DNA of 64,000 nt, taken from the IMG/VR virus record IMGVR_UViG_3300009159_007116, positions 1-64,000 of that record. The stretch is one strand, 5' to 3'. Below are positions 16,967 through 26,042 of the stretch, piece after piece. Below the pieces are notes generated by a model. It did not search any database. It was not told the origin of the DNA and saw only the letters and a program-made list of their open reading frames with translations. Numbering within the stretch: position 1 is the first letter of the stretch; the number at the start of each line of letters is the position of its first letter. A program made the position numbers and the translations under genes. This DNA comes from an uncultured virus (IMG/VR IMGVR_UViG_3300009159_007116). Its lineage: Duplodnaviria; Heunggongvirae; Uroviricota; Caudoviricetes.

Positions 16967-18216
16967 TGCCATACTTTTCTATAGTTACACCAACAAATAA
17001 CACTCAATTTCTTGCTAGGCTTGCTAGATCTATATCCAAGCAAACATTCAAAGATTTTGAGTGGGTTATTGTTCCAAATGGTAACGCTAATATTGACATT
17101 GAATCTTTGGCTTTTAGTCCAAGGATTATAGAATCAAAAAAACCAGATTCAAAATTGATTGGTCTTTTTAAAAAAGAAGGGTGCATGGCATCCAATGGAA
17201 CTGTAGTTGTAGAAGTTGATCATGATGATGAGCTTACAGAAGATTGTTTGCAAGAATTATATAATGAATTTAATTCAAATCAAACTATTGATTTTGCATA
17301 TTCAAATTGTGCAGAGATAGACCCTAATGGAAAACCATTTGTATATCACAATAGATATGGTTGGAGAAATAGACCATTTAAATATCAAGGTAAAGATCTT
17401 TTAGAGCTTATATCATTTGATCCAACTCCAGCTTCATTTTCTAAAATATGGTTTGCCCCAAATCATGTTCGTGCATGGAAAAAATCGTTCTACGAAAAAA
17501 TTGGTGGTCACGATGAAACAATGGAAGTTTTAGATGATCATGATATTCTATGCAAAACATATATACAAGGCAAAGTTAAACATATAGATAAGTGCTTGTA
17601 TATTTATTACAAACATAAAAACAATACTTGTTATGGCGAAAAGAATGCATTCATTCAAGAAGAAACATTAAATATTCATGACAGATATATTTATGCGTTG
17701 ACTGAGAAATGGTGTGACCTTAATGGTTTGCTTAAGATAGACCTTTGCGGTGGTTTTAATCCTCCAAAGGGGTACAAGTCGATAGACATGCATAACGCAG
17801 AAATTATACACGATTTAAACAATCCTTGGCCTTTTAAAGATGGCGAAGTAGGATTGATAAGGGCACATGATGCACTTGAGCATTTAAAAGATCCGATTCA
17901 TGTTATGAAAGAAGCACATAGGTGTCTTTGTCCAATGGGTTGGTTTTTAACGCAGACCCCATCCACTGATGGCAGAGGTGCTTTTCAAGACCCAACACAT
18001 ATAGCATTTTGGAATAGTAATAGCTTTTGGTATTACACTAAAGAAGAACAAGCAAAATATATTGGAACACCAGTAAGATTTCAAGGTAATAGAATTAAGA
18101 ATTTTTACCCAACTGAATGGCATAAAACACACAATATTCTTTATGTAAAAGCAGATCTAATAAGGCTTCCAGAAAAAGATTCAAGCACAAGAGTTCCAGG
18201 AGAAGTTATGATATGA
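16966..18216 (+). CDS. GT2 glycosyltransferase fused to class I SAM methyltransferase
   Basis: FSIVTPT, VEVDHDD; C-terminal IDLCGG, DALEH, QDPTH. Confidence 0.85.
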   Translation: MPYFSIVTPTNNTQFLARLARSISKQTFKDFEWVIVPNGNANIDIESLAFSPRIIESKKPDSKLIGLFKKEGCMASNGTVVVEVDHDDELTEDCLQELYNEFNSNQTIDFAYSNCAEIDPNGKPFVYHNRYGWRNRPFKYQGKDLLELISFDPTPASFSKIWFAPNHVRAWKKSFYEKIGGHDETMEVLDDHDILCKTYIQGKVKHIDKCLYIYYKHKNNTCYGEKNAFIQEETLNIHDRYIYALTEKWCDLNGLLKIDLCGGFNPPKGYKSIDMHNAEIIHDLNNPWPFKDGEVGLIRAHDALEHLKDPIHVMKEAHRCLCPMGWFLTQTPSTDGRGAFQDPTHIAFWNSNSFWYYTKEEQAKYIGTPVRFQGNRIKNFYPTEWHKTHNILYVKADLIRLPEKDSSTRVPGEVMI

Positions 18217-18773
18217 ATCACATATATCATCTTCCGCAATTTGGAGAGAATTGGTTTACATATCCACATTTATATAAATCAATGGTTGAAAAGTTTTCCT
18301 CTGGAAGTAAGTTTGTAGAGGTTGGTTCATGGAAAGGAAAAAGTGCAGCTTATCTTGCCGTAGAAATTATAAATTCTAAAAAAGATATAAAATTAGATTG
18401 TGTAGACACATGGAAAGGTAGTTCTGAACATGTAGATAATGAGTATGTAAAATCAAATTCTTTATACGAATTGTTTATTGAAAACACATCTTCTTTATCT
18501 TCTATCATTAATCCAATTAAAATGGATTCTATTAGTGCATCAAAAACATATGAAGATAATTCAATAGATTTTGTTTTTATTGATGCTAATCATGAGTATA
18601 TACATGTAAAAAATGATATAGAAGCATGGTTTCCTAAAGTAAAAGTAGGAGGAACTATTGCTGGACACGATTATAGAAATGGTTGGACAGATGTAGACAA
18701 AGCCGTTAATGAATTTTTTGCTGGAAAAAAGATTTTAGCTGGCGAAAGTTGTTGGGTTTACGAGAAAATTTAA
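18213..18773 (+). CDS. class I SAM methyltransferase (Methyltransf_24-like)
   Basis: VEVGSWKGKS, FIDANH, GGTIAGHDY. Confidence 0.85.
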   Translation: MNHIYHLPQFGENWFTYPHLYKSMVEKFSSGSKFVEVGSWKGKSAAYLAVEIINSKKDIKLDCVDTWKGSSEHVDNEYVKSNSLYELFIENTSSLSSIINPIKMDSISASKTYEDNSIDFVFIDANHEYIHVKNDIEAWFPKVKVGGTIAGHDYRNGWTDVDKAVNEFFAGKKILAGESCWVYEKI

Positions 18774-19381
18774 TGGACTTAGCATTATTAGTTCATGCAT
18801 GTGACAAGTATTCTTTTGTTTTTGAAAGATTTTTAAAAGCATTTGATGTTTTTAACTTGAGCATACCATGTTATTTCTCAACAGAATCTACAGAAATAAA
18901 AAACAGTCGATTTGAAAATATAAATATAAATGAAAATATATGGTCATTAAGATTAAAAGAAGTTTTGTTTAAAATAAAAGAAAAAAACATAGTTCTTCTT
19001 CAAGAAGACTTTATAGTAAATAGTTTTAATAAAAATTTGTTTTGTGATCTTTATAAGTTTCACAATGATTATGGTTCAGACATTACTAAGACAGGTTCGT
19101 TTAAAACCTTTTCGTTGCTAAAAACTTCTGTTGAAAATATGTACGCACAAAAATATGGTTATTATTTAATGAGTCATCAACCAATAGCTATATTCAATAA
19201 AGAGTTTTTAATATCAACGCTAAATGAAAAACAAAATGCCAGTGAGCACGAAATGTATTGGTCTGAAAAAATAAAGGAAAATAGTATTTTTTGTTTTGGT
19301 AAAAATGAATTTGATCATCAAATGTTTAATCCTGTTTTTGGATATACACATGTTATAAGCAAGGGTAAGCTAATAGCTTAA
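18773..19381 (+). CDS. putative GT-A-like glycosyltransferase
   Basis: ACDKYS, WSLRL, LLQEDF pattern; TAATG coupling. Confidence 0.55.
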   Translation: MDLALLVHACDKYSFVFERFLKAFDVFNLSIPCYFSTESTEIKNSRFENININENIWSLRLKEVLFKIKEKNIVLLQEDFIVNSFNKNLFCDLYKFHNDYGSDITKTGSFKTFSLLKTSVENMYAQKYGYYLMSHQPIAIFNKEFLISTLNEKQNASEHEMYWSEKIKENSIFCFGKNEFDHQMFNPVFGYTHVISKGKLIA

Positions 19382-19890
19382 CCATGCCATATCTTTTCTT
19401 CTGGACCAAGCAATCTTGCTAAAGTAAATAGGAAATCGCTAAGTCTATTTATAAATACAACAATGTTTTTAAAATCTTGATGTGCTTCCATAAGTCTGAC
19501 TAAATCAATTTCAACTCTTCTGCATACTGCTCTAGCCAAATGAATTTCACAATGATTGAATGGGATTATAAAATTCTTTAATGGCTTTAAACTTTTAGTC
19601 ATTAAATCAATAATGTCTTCTGTTTTTTTAATGTGTTCTTCTTTTATTCTTTCTTTTCCAGTAGCCACTTCTGCACCAACTTCAAAAAGAAGATTTTGTA
19701 TTTCTATTATAAATTCGTACACTTCATGGACTTTTAATTCTAAAATATACTTTTGATTAACAAATCCAATCCAAGCATTAAGCTCATCAATACTACCAAG
19801 AAGCTGTATATTAGGATTAGTTTTAGGTACTCTACCTATTTTTGGCAAAAGTGTAGTTCCGTCATCACCAGTTTTTGTATATATTTTCAT
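19378..19890 (-). CDS. pduO: ATP:cob(I)alamin adenosyltransferase (PduO type)
   Basis: MKIYTKTGDDGTT, GSIDELNA, ARAVCRRVE, NRLSDFLF; start moved to ATG 19890. Confidence 0.92.
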   Translation of the reverse strand: MKIYTKTGDDGTTLLPKIGRVPKTNPNIQLLGSIDELNAWIGFVNQKYILELKVHEVYEFIIEIQNLLFEVGAEVATGKERIKEEHIKKTEDIIDLMTKSLKPLKNFIIPFNHCEIHLARAVCRRVEIDLVRLMEAHQDFKNIVVFINRLSDFLFTLARLLGPEEKIWHG

Positions 19891-19899
19891 TTTAAATTC

Positions 19900-19928
19900 T
19901 TGAATATTTTGGTTGTTAAAACGAATAC
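19900..19928 (+). promoter_or_regulatory. bipartite promoter motif, copy 6
   Basis: TTGAAT-15nt-ACGAATAC in divergent intergenic region. Confidence 0.72.
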
Positions 19929-19963
19929 TATTATATATTACTAAACTATAAGGAGGAATCAAT

Positions 19964-20176
19964 ATGAAAGTAATAATTAGAAACATGTCTGGAGAATTTT
20001 TTTGCAAACAGCCAGAAGTTGGATTAACAAATCTAAAGAAAGATGCATATGTTTTTGATTGTTATAATGAAGAACATGCAAATTTAGTATTAGAAAAAAC
20101 AAAACAATTTATTTCAAACAGTGATTTAAATTTAGAAGTTATTGAAACAACACAAATAAATCTAAATGTAGAATAG
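19964..20176 (+). CDS. hypothetical protein
   Basis: RBS AAGGAGG. Confidence 0.75.
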   Translation: MKVIIRNMSGEFFCKQPEVGLTNLKKDAYVFDCYNEEHANLVLEKTKQFISNSDLNLEVIETTQINLNVE

Positions 20177-20183
20177 GAACAAC

Positions 20184-20372
20184 ATGAAAATTAAAAAGAA
20201 CAGACAAAAAAAAGCTAGAAGAATAATGATATTGGCATCTATTAGAATGTCAAAAAGTGTTGGCGTAAAATTTAATAGAATTTGTATGGAAGAAATAAGA
20301 GATGTGTATATGGATATGTTTGGCGTAGATAGTTTAACTAGAAGGTTTGATATTGCCAGTATTGTCGCTTGA
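20184..20372 (+). CDS. basic hypothetical protein
   Basis: 62-aa ORF, RBS AGGA. Confidence 0.6.
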   Translation: MKIKKNRQKKARRIMILASIRMSKSVGVKFNRICMEEIRDVYMDMFGVDSLTRRFDIASIVA

Positions 20373-20504
20373 TTTTTCTTTTTGAAATCCGTAAGGGCAA
20401 TGCTTGCAATCTTTTTTGCAACAACGACCTCTTTTTTTTAAAAAATATTCGGTTAAAACAACTTGTTTGTTTTCATCTATATAATAATCTATATCTTTTA
20501 TCAT
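20334..20504 (-). CDS. DUF5522-like small Cys-rich protein (56 aa, not in ORF track)
   Basis: MIKDIDYYIDENKQVVLTEYFLKKRGRCCKKDCKHCPYG...; ATGA overlap with upstream HAD gene. Confidence 0.75.
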   Translation of the reverse strand: MIKDIDYYIDENKQVVLTEYFLKKRGRCCKKDCKHCPYGFQKEKSSDNTGNIKPSS

Positions 20505-20893
20505 TTTTTAGGCGACTTTGTTTTTATTCCAGCTTCCTTATATGCATTACGCATCTTAGGATTATCATCTATAGCAAACAACACATTTTCTTTTATGCTT
20601 TCAGCATGTCTTTTTTTAGACTCGTTTTGATCTTTAGGTCCACCGCCTATATTATTCATCATAAGTCTATTATATTTAACTCCAGCTTTCTTTAAAGACT
20701 TTACAGTCTCATCTCTATCAGATTCTGGCCTACCAGTTATAATATAAATTTTATTTTGTTTTGACAATTCATTGACATAATCAATCATTTTTTTAATTGG
20801 ATATATACCATTACGCAAAATGGTGTTGTCAATATCAACAATCACCACATTGGCATTAGATAAGTACAATTGTATGTTTTCTATTATGCTCAT
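20501..20893 (-). CDS. HAD-family phosphatase (PNKP 3'-phosphatase-like)
   Basis: DIDNT, ITGR, K, IDD motifs. Confidence 0.82.
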   Translation of the reverse strand: MSIIENIQLYLSNANVVIVDIDNTILRNGIYPIKKMIDYVNELSKQNKIYIITGRPESDRDETVKSLKKAGVKYNRLMMNNIGGGPKDQNESKKRHAESIKENVLFAIDDNPKMRNAYKEAGIKTKSPKK

Positions 20894-20894
20894 G

Positions 20895-21332
20895 TTAACT
20901 TAGTGTAAGTAAATATTTTAGTTGAGAAAAAGAACTAAGCATTTCATCTCTTGCATTTAATAAATTTGTTTGTGTAGTTGAATTTACATTTTTAGGTATT
21001 TCTACAATAAGTAAGTTTTCTGCTTTAGCAATAAATGTAGTTATTTCTTGTGGAGTATTATTAGAAACTGCATAGGAATTAAATTCCCCATGTGGCATTA
21101 AGCCGTGTTCACCTTGCCATTGCTCAATAAATTCGTCAATGCTTTCAGATAAATCATCATAGGCTCTACCAAATGATTGATGTTGAGCAAAAGATTTGGT
21201 GTTCCAATGAAAAATTTTGAGTTGAGAAAGCAAAAACAAAAAATCTGCTTGAGTAATAGTAGCTTCTGTTGCTACATCAGCAGCTTTTGCAAAATAATTA
21301 TGAACTTGTTTTGTGACATTTAATTTTTTCAT
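20895..21332 (-). CDS. Dps/ferritin-like protein
   Basis: FHWNT...HQSFG..YD...DEFIE; YLLTL C-terminus. Confidence 0.8.
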   Translation of the reverse strand: MKKLNVTKQVHNYFAKAADVATEATITQADFLFLLSQLKIFHWNTKSFAQHQSFGRAYDDLSESIDEFIEQWQGEHGLMPHGEFNSYAVSNNTPQEITTFIAKAENLLIVEIPKNVNSTTQTNLLNARDEMLSSFSQLKYLLTLS

Positions 21333-21423
21333 GTTAATCTCCTTACATAAATATACACCAGCATATAAACTATAATAGTGTATGTGTATTTGAAAAGCTC
21401 ATCAAAACATTGTGGTATTTTAA

Positions 21424-21696
21424 ATGATTAAAACATATCATATAAAAATAACAATTCTTAAAAATAAAAATAAATATAAGGCTAAGATTTCAAAACATGG
21501 ATATATATCAATAATTCTTTGTGCTTCTTCTGATAATCAAGCAATTGAATTATTAGAAAAAGTTATTTGTATAGGTGACAAAAGAAAGATCAAGAATAGT
21601 AAGAAAGTTAAGGATTTCGTATTGCAAAATGGCAATGGTAGTTATATGTTTGCATTGCGTATGGAGAATGTAGATAGCTATATAACAAGCTTATGA
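21424..21696 (+). CDS. hypothetical protein
   Basis: 90-aa ORF. Confidence 0.55.
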   Translation: MIKTYHIKITILKNKNKYKAKISKHGYISIILCASSDNQAIELLEKVICIGDKRKIKNSKKVKDFVLQNGNGSYMFALRMENVDSYITSL

Positions 21697-21831
21697 TCAT
21701 AAGTAACTGCGTTATCAAATTCAATAACGGTTCTTTCGCAGTTCTTTCCCCGAAGTAATCATAACACCAGGGTATGTACCCAAAGACTGCCATAGAGTAG
21801 CCAAACTCTTAACAGGTGGCACGAAAAGTTT

Positions 21832-21993
21832 AATTAAGAATCAACACTAAGATCGGAGTGACCCCTTCTCCACTTAGACCTGATAGAGCAAAGCACAAAA
21901 ATTCTTAATTGATGTCTTGTTTGGTAGAGTTTATAGCACACTGAAAGTAAACAAAAGAACTCTGATGCTATGCTATCAGGGTAAAGAAGGGGT
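21832..21993. ncRNA. putative structured non-coding element with alternative pairings
   Basis: ACCCCTTCT/AGAAGGGGT, CCTGATAG/CTATCAGG and AATTAAGAAT/ATTCTTAATT complementarities in an otherwise gene-free gap. Confidence 0.45.
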
Positions 21994-22000
21994 ATTTGCA

Positions 22001-22354
22001 ATGAAGTTTAAAGCAGACATAATACTTAAAAAGTGGGGTAGTGAAGAAACAGTAGTAAACGAATCTTTTAGAGAGGTATGCTTGAAAATATTAAAGATGG
22101 ATATTTTTAAACAAACTAGTTGGCACTATCATGCTCAAAAAGAGTCCTATTTTTACATATTCTCTGGAGAGGTGTCGATACACATATCTGATGGCGATGA
22201 CTTAAATTTAGCCCATATAGAGCTTTTAAAACAAGGTGATTGTATTTTTGTAGGGGCGAATCAAAGGCACATGATAACAGCCATGAAAGAGAGTGTATTA
22301 CTTGAGTCATCCAGCTTTGACGATCAATTTGATAAAACTATAGTTCCTCACTAG
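22001..22354 (+). CDS. cupin-domain protein (sugar isomerase-like)
   Basis: KKWGSE, TSWHYHAQKE.YF, H in second cupin motif; start placed at ATG 22001. Confidence 0.75.
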   Translation: MKFKADIILKKWGSEETVVNESFREVCLKILKMDIFKQTSWHYHAQKESYFYIFSGEVSIHISDGDDLNLAHIELLKQGDCIFVGANQRHMITAMKESVLLESSSFDDQFDKTIVPH

Positions 22355-22616
22355 CTATGTCGCAAAATATTTGAACTACGCTCTTCTCTATAAAGCCAAA
22401 TGAGTTTAGGTGACCAACATCTTTTCCAACTATTAGGGTTATTTCCATAAATTCAGATTCAGATATATATCCAGTTGAATAAGCCTTCCTTATTATCTCT
22501 TTAAATAAAATAAATTCAGACTTATTAAAATTTACAGTATTTAAATTGAGAAAATCAATTTTGCCTTTAAAATAAGCCTTGAGTGTTTGTTGACTTTCCT
22601 TTATTCTATTTTTCAT
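22338..22616 (-). CDS. hypothetical protein
   Basis: 92-aa ORF with RBS GAGG. Confidence 0.6.
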   Translation of the reverse strand: MKNRIKESQQTLKAYFKGKIDFLNLNTVNFNKSEFILFKEIIRKAYSTGYISESEFMEITLIVGKDVGHLNSFGFIEKSVVQIFCDIASEEL

Positions 22617-22641
22617 ACTAACCTCTTATATCGAGAACATT

Positions 22642-23133
22642 ATGTCAAAGAAAAACGAACCAGAAATAAATGTAAAGTTATTAATAAAAAGAAATCTCTT
22701 AGATGTAGTAGAAATAGAAAAGGCATCATCTTACACAAATGATCCAGACTTTGGCAAAATTCAAAATAATTCTGCTTGGTCTTCATCTTCTTTTACAAGT
22801 TTTGTAAGAAAAAAGAATACATTCTCTTATGTTATTTATGAAAATTCTAAAATAGTTGGCTTCATTTTGATTGAAAATGCTCCAAATGAAACAATAATAG
22901 AAAAATTAGTTGTTCATCCAAAGAACAGAAGAAATGGTTATGGAACTGCTATGATTGAGTTTTTAATTCAAAAAAAATTCAAACCAATAATTTCTGCATA
23001 TTGTAGGGAAGATGACAATGATAGCATTAAATTCTATAGCAGCAAAAAGTTTAAATCGAAACTAGAAAAAAAACATTTTCCTAATGATATTGATGCTGTA
23101 AAATTTACTGTGGAGATTGATAATGAAAAATAA
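22642..23133 (+). CDS. GNAT acetyltransferase (RimI-like)
   Basis: LVVHPKNRRNGYG acetyl-CoA motif, N..SIKFY...F, DA. Confidence 0.82.
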   Translation: MSKKNEPEINVKLLIKRNLLDVVEIEKASSYTNDPDFGKIQNNSAWSSSSFTSFVRKKNTFSYVIYENSKIVGFILIENAPNETIIEKLVVHPKNRRNGYGTAMIEFLIQKKFKPIISAYCREDDNDSIKFYSSKKFKSKLEKKHFPNDIDAVKFTVEIDNEK

Positions 23134-23293
23134 AGTATCTGTAAGCTGCTTGGGTTGGTGCAATAAAAGTTTTATGAGCGTTGATCCAAAAACAAATAGG
23201 TTGTGTAAAAAATGTAGTGAAAAATTAAAAAATATGACTAATGAATTTGGAAAATGGGGAACAAGAATAACGAGAGAAATTAGTAATGATTAG
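23123..23293 (+). CDS. small zinc-finger protein (56 aa, not in ORF track)
   Basis: CLGWCNKSFMS...NRLCKKC; RBS GGAG. Confidence 0.65.
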   Translation: MKNKVSVSCLGWCNKSFMSVDPKTNRLCKKCSEKLKNMTNEFGKWGTRITREISND

Positions 23294-24002
23294 TTTTTTA
23301 TTTAAAATTTTTCAATCTGAAAGATCTGGCAAATGGTGGACTACTCGTTGCGAACACATTAAAGACAATCCATCATGTATAGCTTGTGGTTCAAAAAAAG
23401 GCGTTCAAGTACATCATATTATACCATTTAGTGTTGATCCATCTAAAGAGTTAGTTAAAAACAATTTATGTACTCTCTGTGAACATTGCCATTTTGTATT
23501 TGGTCACTTGCACAATTATAAAAATTATAATCCAGAAGTAATTAGGGATTGCCAAGAACATTACAAAAGAGTAAAACAATTTAGAGTTAAGACTTTTCAA
23601 AGACCTATTTCTATATGGAGGACTATTATGGCTAAGTTTTTTGGTTCTATTGCTTTGGTTTTTTTAGGTTATTCAATCTATGTTAGTCATATGTATGTAG
23701 TAGAAACTAACAAAAACGCAACTGTTAAAGAACTTTTTGCTGCTGAAAATAGAATCTTGAAAGATGAAATTTATGCAGAGCGAAGCAAACCAACTTATGA
23801 AAATGGCTATAGAGATGCTATTTTAAGGGCTGGATCACCAACTGGATCTGGTGCATATCGTGATGGTTGGGAAGCTTGTGCAAAACTTTATATGGATGGC
23901 TCATGGACAAGTGGCTATCATACAGCACTTGAACAATTTGGTTGGAAGAATGAATCAACAGCATTCAAAAATTCAAATCCACAAGCTGTTTCTATGAAAT
24001 AA
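23286..24002 (+). CDS. HNH endonuclease domain fused in frame to a membrane-anchored protein
   Basis: CIAC, VHHIIP, NLCTLCEHCH; internal RBS GGAGG and ATG 23628 followed by a TM helix. Confidence 0.75.
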   Translation: MISFLFKIFQSERSGKWWTTRCEHIKDNPSCIACGSKKGVQVHHIIPFSVDPSKELVKNNLCTLCEHCHFVFGHLHNYKNYNPEVIRDCQEHYKRVKQFRVKTFQRPISIWRTIMAKFFGSIALVFLGYSIYVSHMYVVETNKNATVKELFAAENRILKDEIYAERSKPTYENGYRDAILRAGSPTGSGAYRDGWEACAKLYMDGSWTSGYHTALEQFGWKNESTAFKNSNPQAVSMK

Positions 24003-24048
24003 TTTTTGATGATTTGCCCTCATATTGTGTATTAGTATGGGGGTAATC

Positions 24049-24423
24049 ATGAAAAAGAAATCACACAACAGCAAAGCTTTTGGCGAAATTTCTGGAAAAT
24101 ATTGGGCTTCATTAAGAAAAAACGCAAAAAAAAGAAACATACAAATAAAAGTAACAATAGAAGAAGCTTGGGAAATTTTTCTAAAACAAAACAAAAGATG
24201 TTTTTATACTGGTTTAAAAATAACTCATAAAAAATATTTAAAAAGAATTAATAATAAAGATATTTATTCTTTAGGAACAGCATCGTTAGATAGAAAAAAT
24301 AGTAATCTTGACTACACTAAAGAAAATATACAATGGGTTCATAAAGATGTGAACTATATGAAAATGAACTTAAATGAAAAGTATTTCATAAAACTTTGTA
24401 AGCTTATATCTAGGAGATTCTAA
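24049..24423 (+). CDS. HNH-like endonuclease
   Basis: CFYTG...ASLDRKNS..YTKENIQWVHKDVNYMK. Confidence 0.75.
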   Translation: MKKKSHNSKAFGEISGKYWASLRKNAKKRNIQIKVTIEEAWEIFLKQNKRCFYTGLKITHKKYLKRINNKDIYSLGTASLDRKNSNLDYTKENIQWVHKDVNYMKMNLNEKYFIKLCKLISRRF

Positions 24424-24908
24424 TGCCTTTAAAAAAATGTTCTGAAAATGGTAAAAATGGTTGGAAGTGGGGAGATCAAGGGAAGTGTTATGCTGGAAAA
24501 GAAGGTAAAAAACAAGCAATAAGACAAGGCATTTCAATTGAAGGACCAGAAAAATTTTCTAAGATAATGAAATCTCAATCACATGAAGATCTTTATTTAC
24601 AACTTTCAGACGATGAGAAGCATTTAGCGGATGCACTTATTGCGTTATCTCAAAAAGTTGGACCATTAGATAAATCTGATGGTATTTGGGTAGGATACGA
24701 AAATGCAGAAAATAATGAAGTAAAAGATATTGGTGTAAAATGCGGAAACTGTGCATTACATAAATCAGAAAATGCATGTGTGATTATTGATCAAACAATA
24801 GAACCTGATGGTGCTTGCAGATTTGCAGTAATTCCAGATGGTTATATAACTTCTGCCAAAGTAAAAAAACATATAGAAGAGTACTTAAATGAAAATAATT
24901 CTAAATAA
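24423..24908 (+). CDS. hypothetical protein with HiPIP-like Cys motif
   Basis: CGNC...C...IEPDGAC. Confidence 0.6.
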   Translation: MPLKKCSENGKNGWKWGDQGKCYAGKEGKKQAIRQGISIEGPEKFSKIMKSQSHEDLYLQLSDDEKHLADALIALSQKVGPLDKSDGIWVGYENAENNEVKDIGVKCGNCALHKSENACVIIDQTIEPDGACRFAVIPDGYITSAKVKKHIEEYLNENNSK

Positions 24909-25383
24909 TAATGAACTACTAAAGAAAAAATGTTTAAATGTTGATTTAAAAACAGGATTTAAAATTGCTAAAAGAATGGGTATGTTTTTAAATACATTAA
25001 AGAAAAAAACAAAAAATAGAATAGTTGGTTTAGCAGCTAATCAAATTGGTATAGATGCATGTGTATCTATTGTTTTAAAAAATAATAAACCTTTTGTTTT
25101 AATAAATCCAAAAATCATTGCTTTTTCTGATGTTAGAATTAGAAATAAAGAACAGTGTTTAAGTTATCCAGATGTTGAATTAGATATATATAGACATATG
25201 TGGGTTGAAGTTTATTGTGATAATCATAAAGAAACAATTTTTTTTGGTAATGTTTCTCTTGAAAGTGATCCTATTAAAAATCTTGAGAGTGCAGTTGTTC
25301 AGCATGAAATAGCACACTTGCATGGTTTAACATTTTATGACTTCCAATGGAACAATGCACCAACACCAGCGGAGTGGAATTAA
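24889..25383 (+). CDS. def: peptide deformylase
   Basis: GLAANQIG, EQCLS, QHEIAHLHG. Confidence 0.9.
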   Translation: MKIILNNNELLKKKCLNVDLKTGFKIAKRMGMFLNTLKKKTKNRIVGLAANQIGIDACVSIVLKNNKPFVLINPKIIAFSDVRIRNKEQCLSYPDVELDIYRHMWVEVYCDNHKETIFFGNVSLESDPIKNLESAVVQHEIAHLHGLTFYDFQWNNAPTPAEWN

Positions 25384-25384
25384 T

Positions 25385-25654
25385 ATGCAAACTCATTACA
25401 CAAAAAATAAATTGATTGGAAATGAAAGATTTTCTAGTGAACTAGATAGTCTTATATATCAGAACATACCTTCTGACTATTTAATACCAGAAGAGATGCT
25501 TTTTGAAAAAATACAGAAAGATATACTTAAAGAGTTTTCTCACAATAAATATTCATCTAGAGAAATAAATGATAGTTTAAAAAACATGATTCAAAAAAAA
25601 CAAATAAAAGAATTATATGGAACAAAACTATCCAAATACATTTCTATACAGTAA
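25385..25654 (+). CDS. hypothetical protein
   Basis: ATG right after def stop. Confidence 0.55.
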   Translation: MQTHYTKNKLIGNERFSSELDSLIYQNIPSDYLIPEEMLFEKIQKDILKEFSHNKYSSREINDSLKNMIQKKQIKELYGTKLSKYISIQ

Positions 25655-25819
25655 AGGTTTTAAAAATATTATTATAATAATATTGTCGTTTTTATTAATG
25701 TATTTAATATTGCATTACATATTAGCGGATTTAATGCATAACAGTAATTGTAAGTGTGTAGATACTGCTGATTAAGGGGTATTTAAGTATGGGTTAATAT
25801 TTCTCTTTGGAGATTTCCC

Positions 25820-26014
25820 ATGACAACTTACTTTGAGGTTTGGGGAGTGGTTCCAGGAGGAAAGAATAGGATTAAAATAGCTGAGTATGAAGAAAAATAT
25901 TGGCAAAGAGCAGAGAAAAAAGCTGTTTTTTTAGAAGAAAATGAATATACAAAAATTGTAATTTATGAAAAAACAAGATCAAATGTTATTGATAAAGACA
26001 ATCGTTTTCTGTAG
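25820..26014 (+). CDS. hypothetical protein
   Basis: RBS GGAG. Confidence 0.65.
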   Translation: MTTYFEVWGVVPGGKNRIKIAEYEEKYWQRAEKKAVFLEENEYTKIVIYEKTRSNVIDKDNRFL

Positions 26015-26017
26015 TAT
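25989..26017 (+). promoter_or_regulatory. sigma70-like promoter candidate
   Basis: TTGATA-17nt-TAGTAT upstream of strong RBS AAGGAGG. Confidence 0.4.
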
Positions 26018-26042
26018 GACCAAGGAATAAAAGGAGGACACA

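Noticed and set aside
20369..20695. 108-aa + strand ORF
   Set aside because: Antisense shadow of the HAD phosphatase and DUF5522-like genes; Phe-rich composition mirrors Lys-rich minus-strand codons.
8038..21375. AAACTATAA at three divergent intergenic regions (8038, 19943, 21367)
   Set aside because: Short AT-rich word with no consistent partner box; cannot be separated from chance without statistics.
21608..21793. 61-aa minus-strand ORF, or tmRNA/RNase P identity for the adjacent gap
   Set aside because: The ORF overlaps a + gene and has no motif; I found no tRNA-like ends or RNase P consensus.
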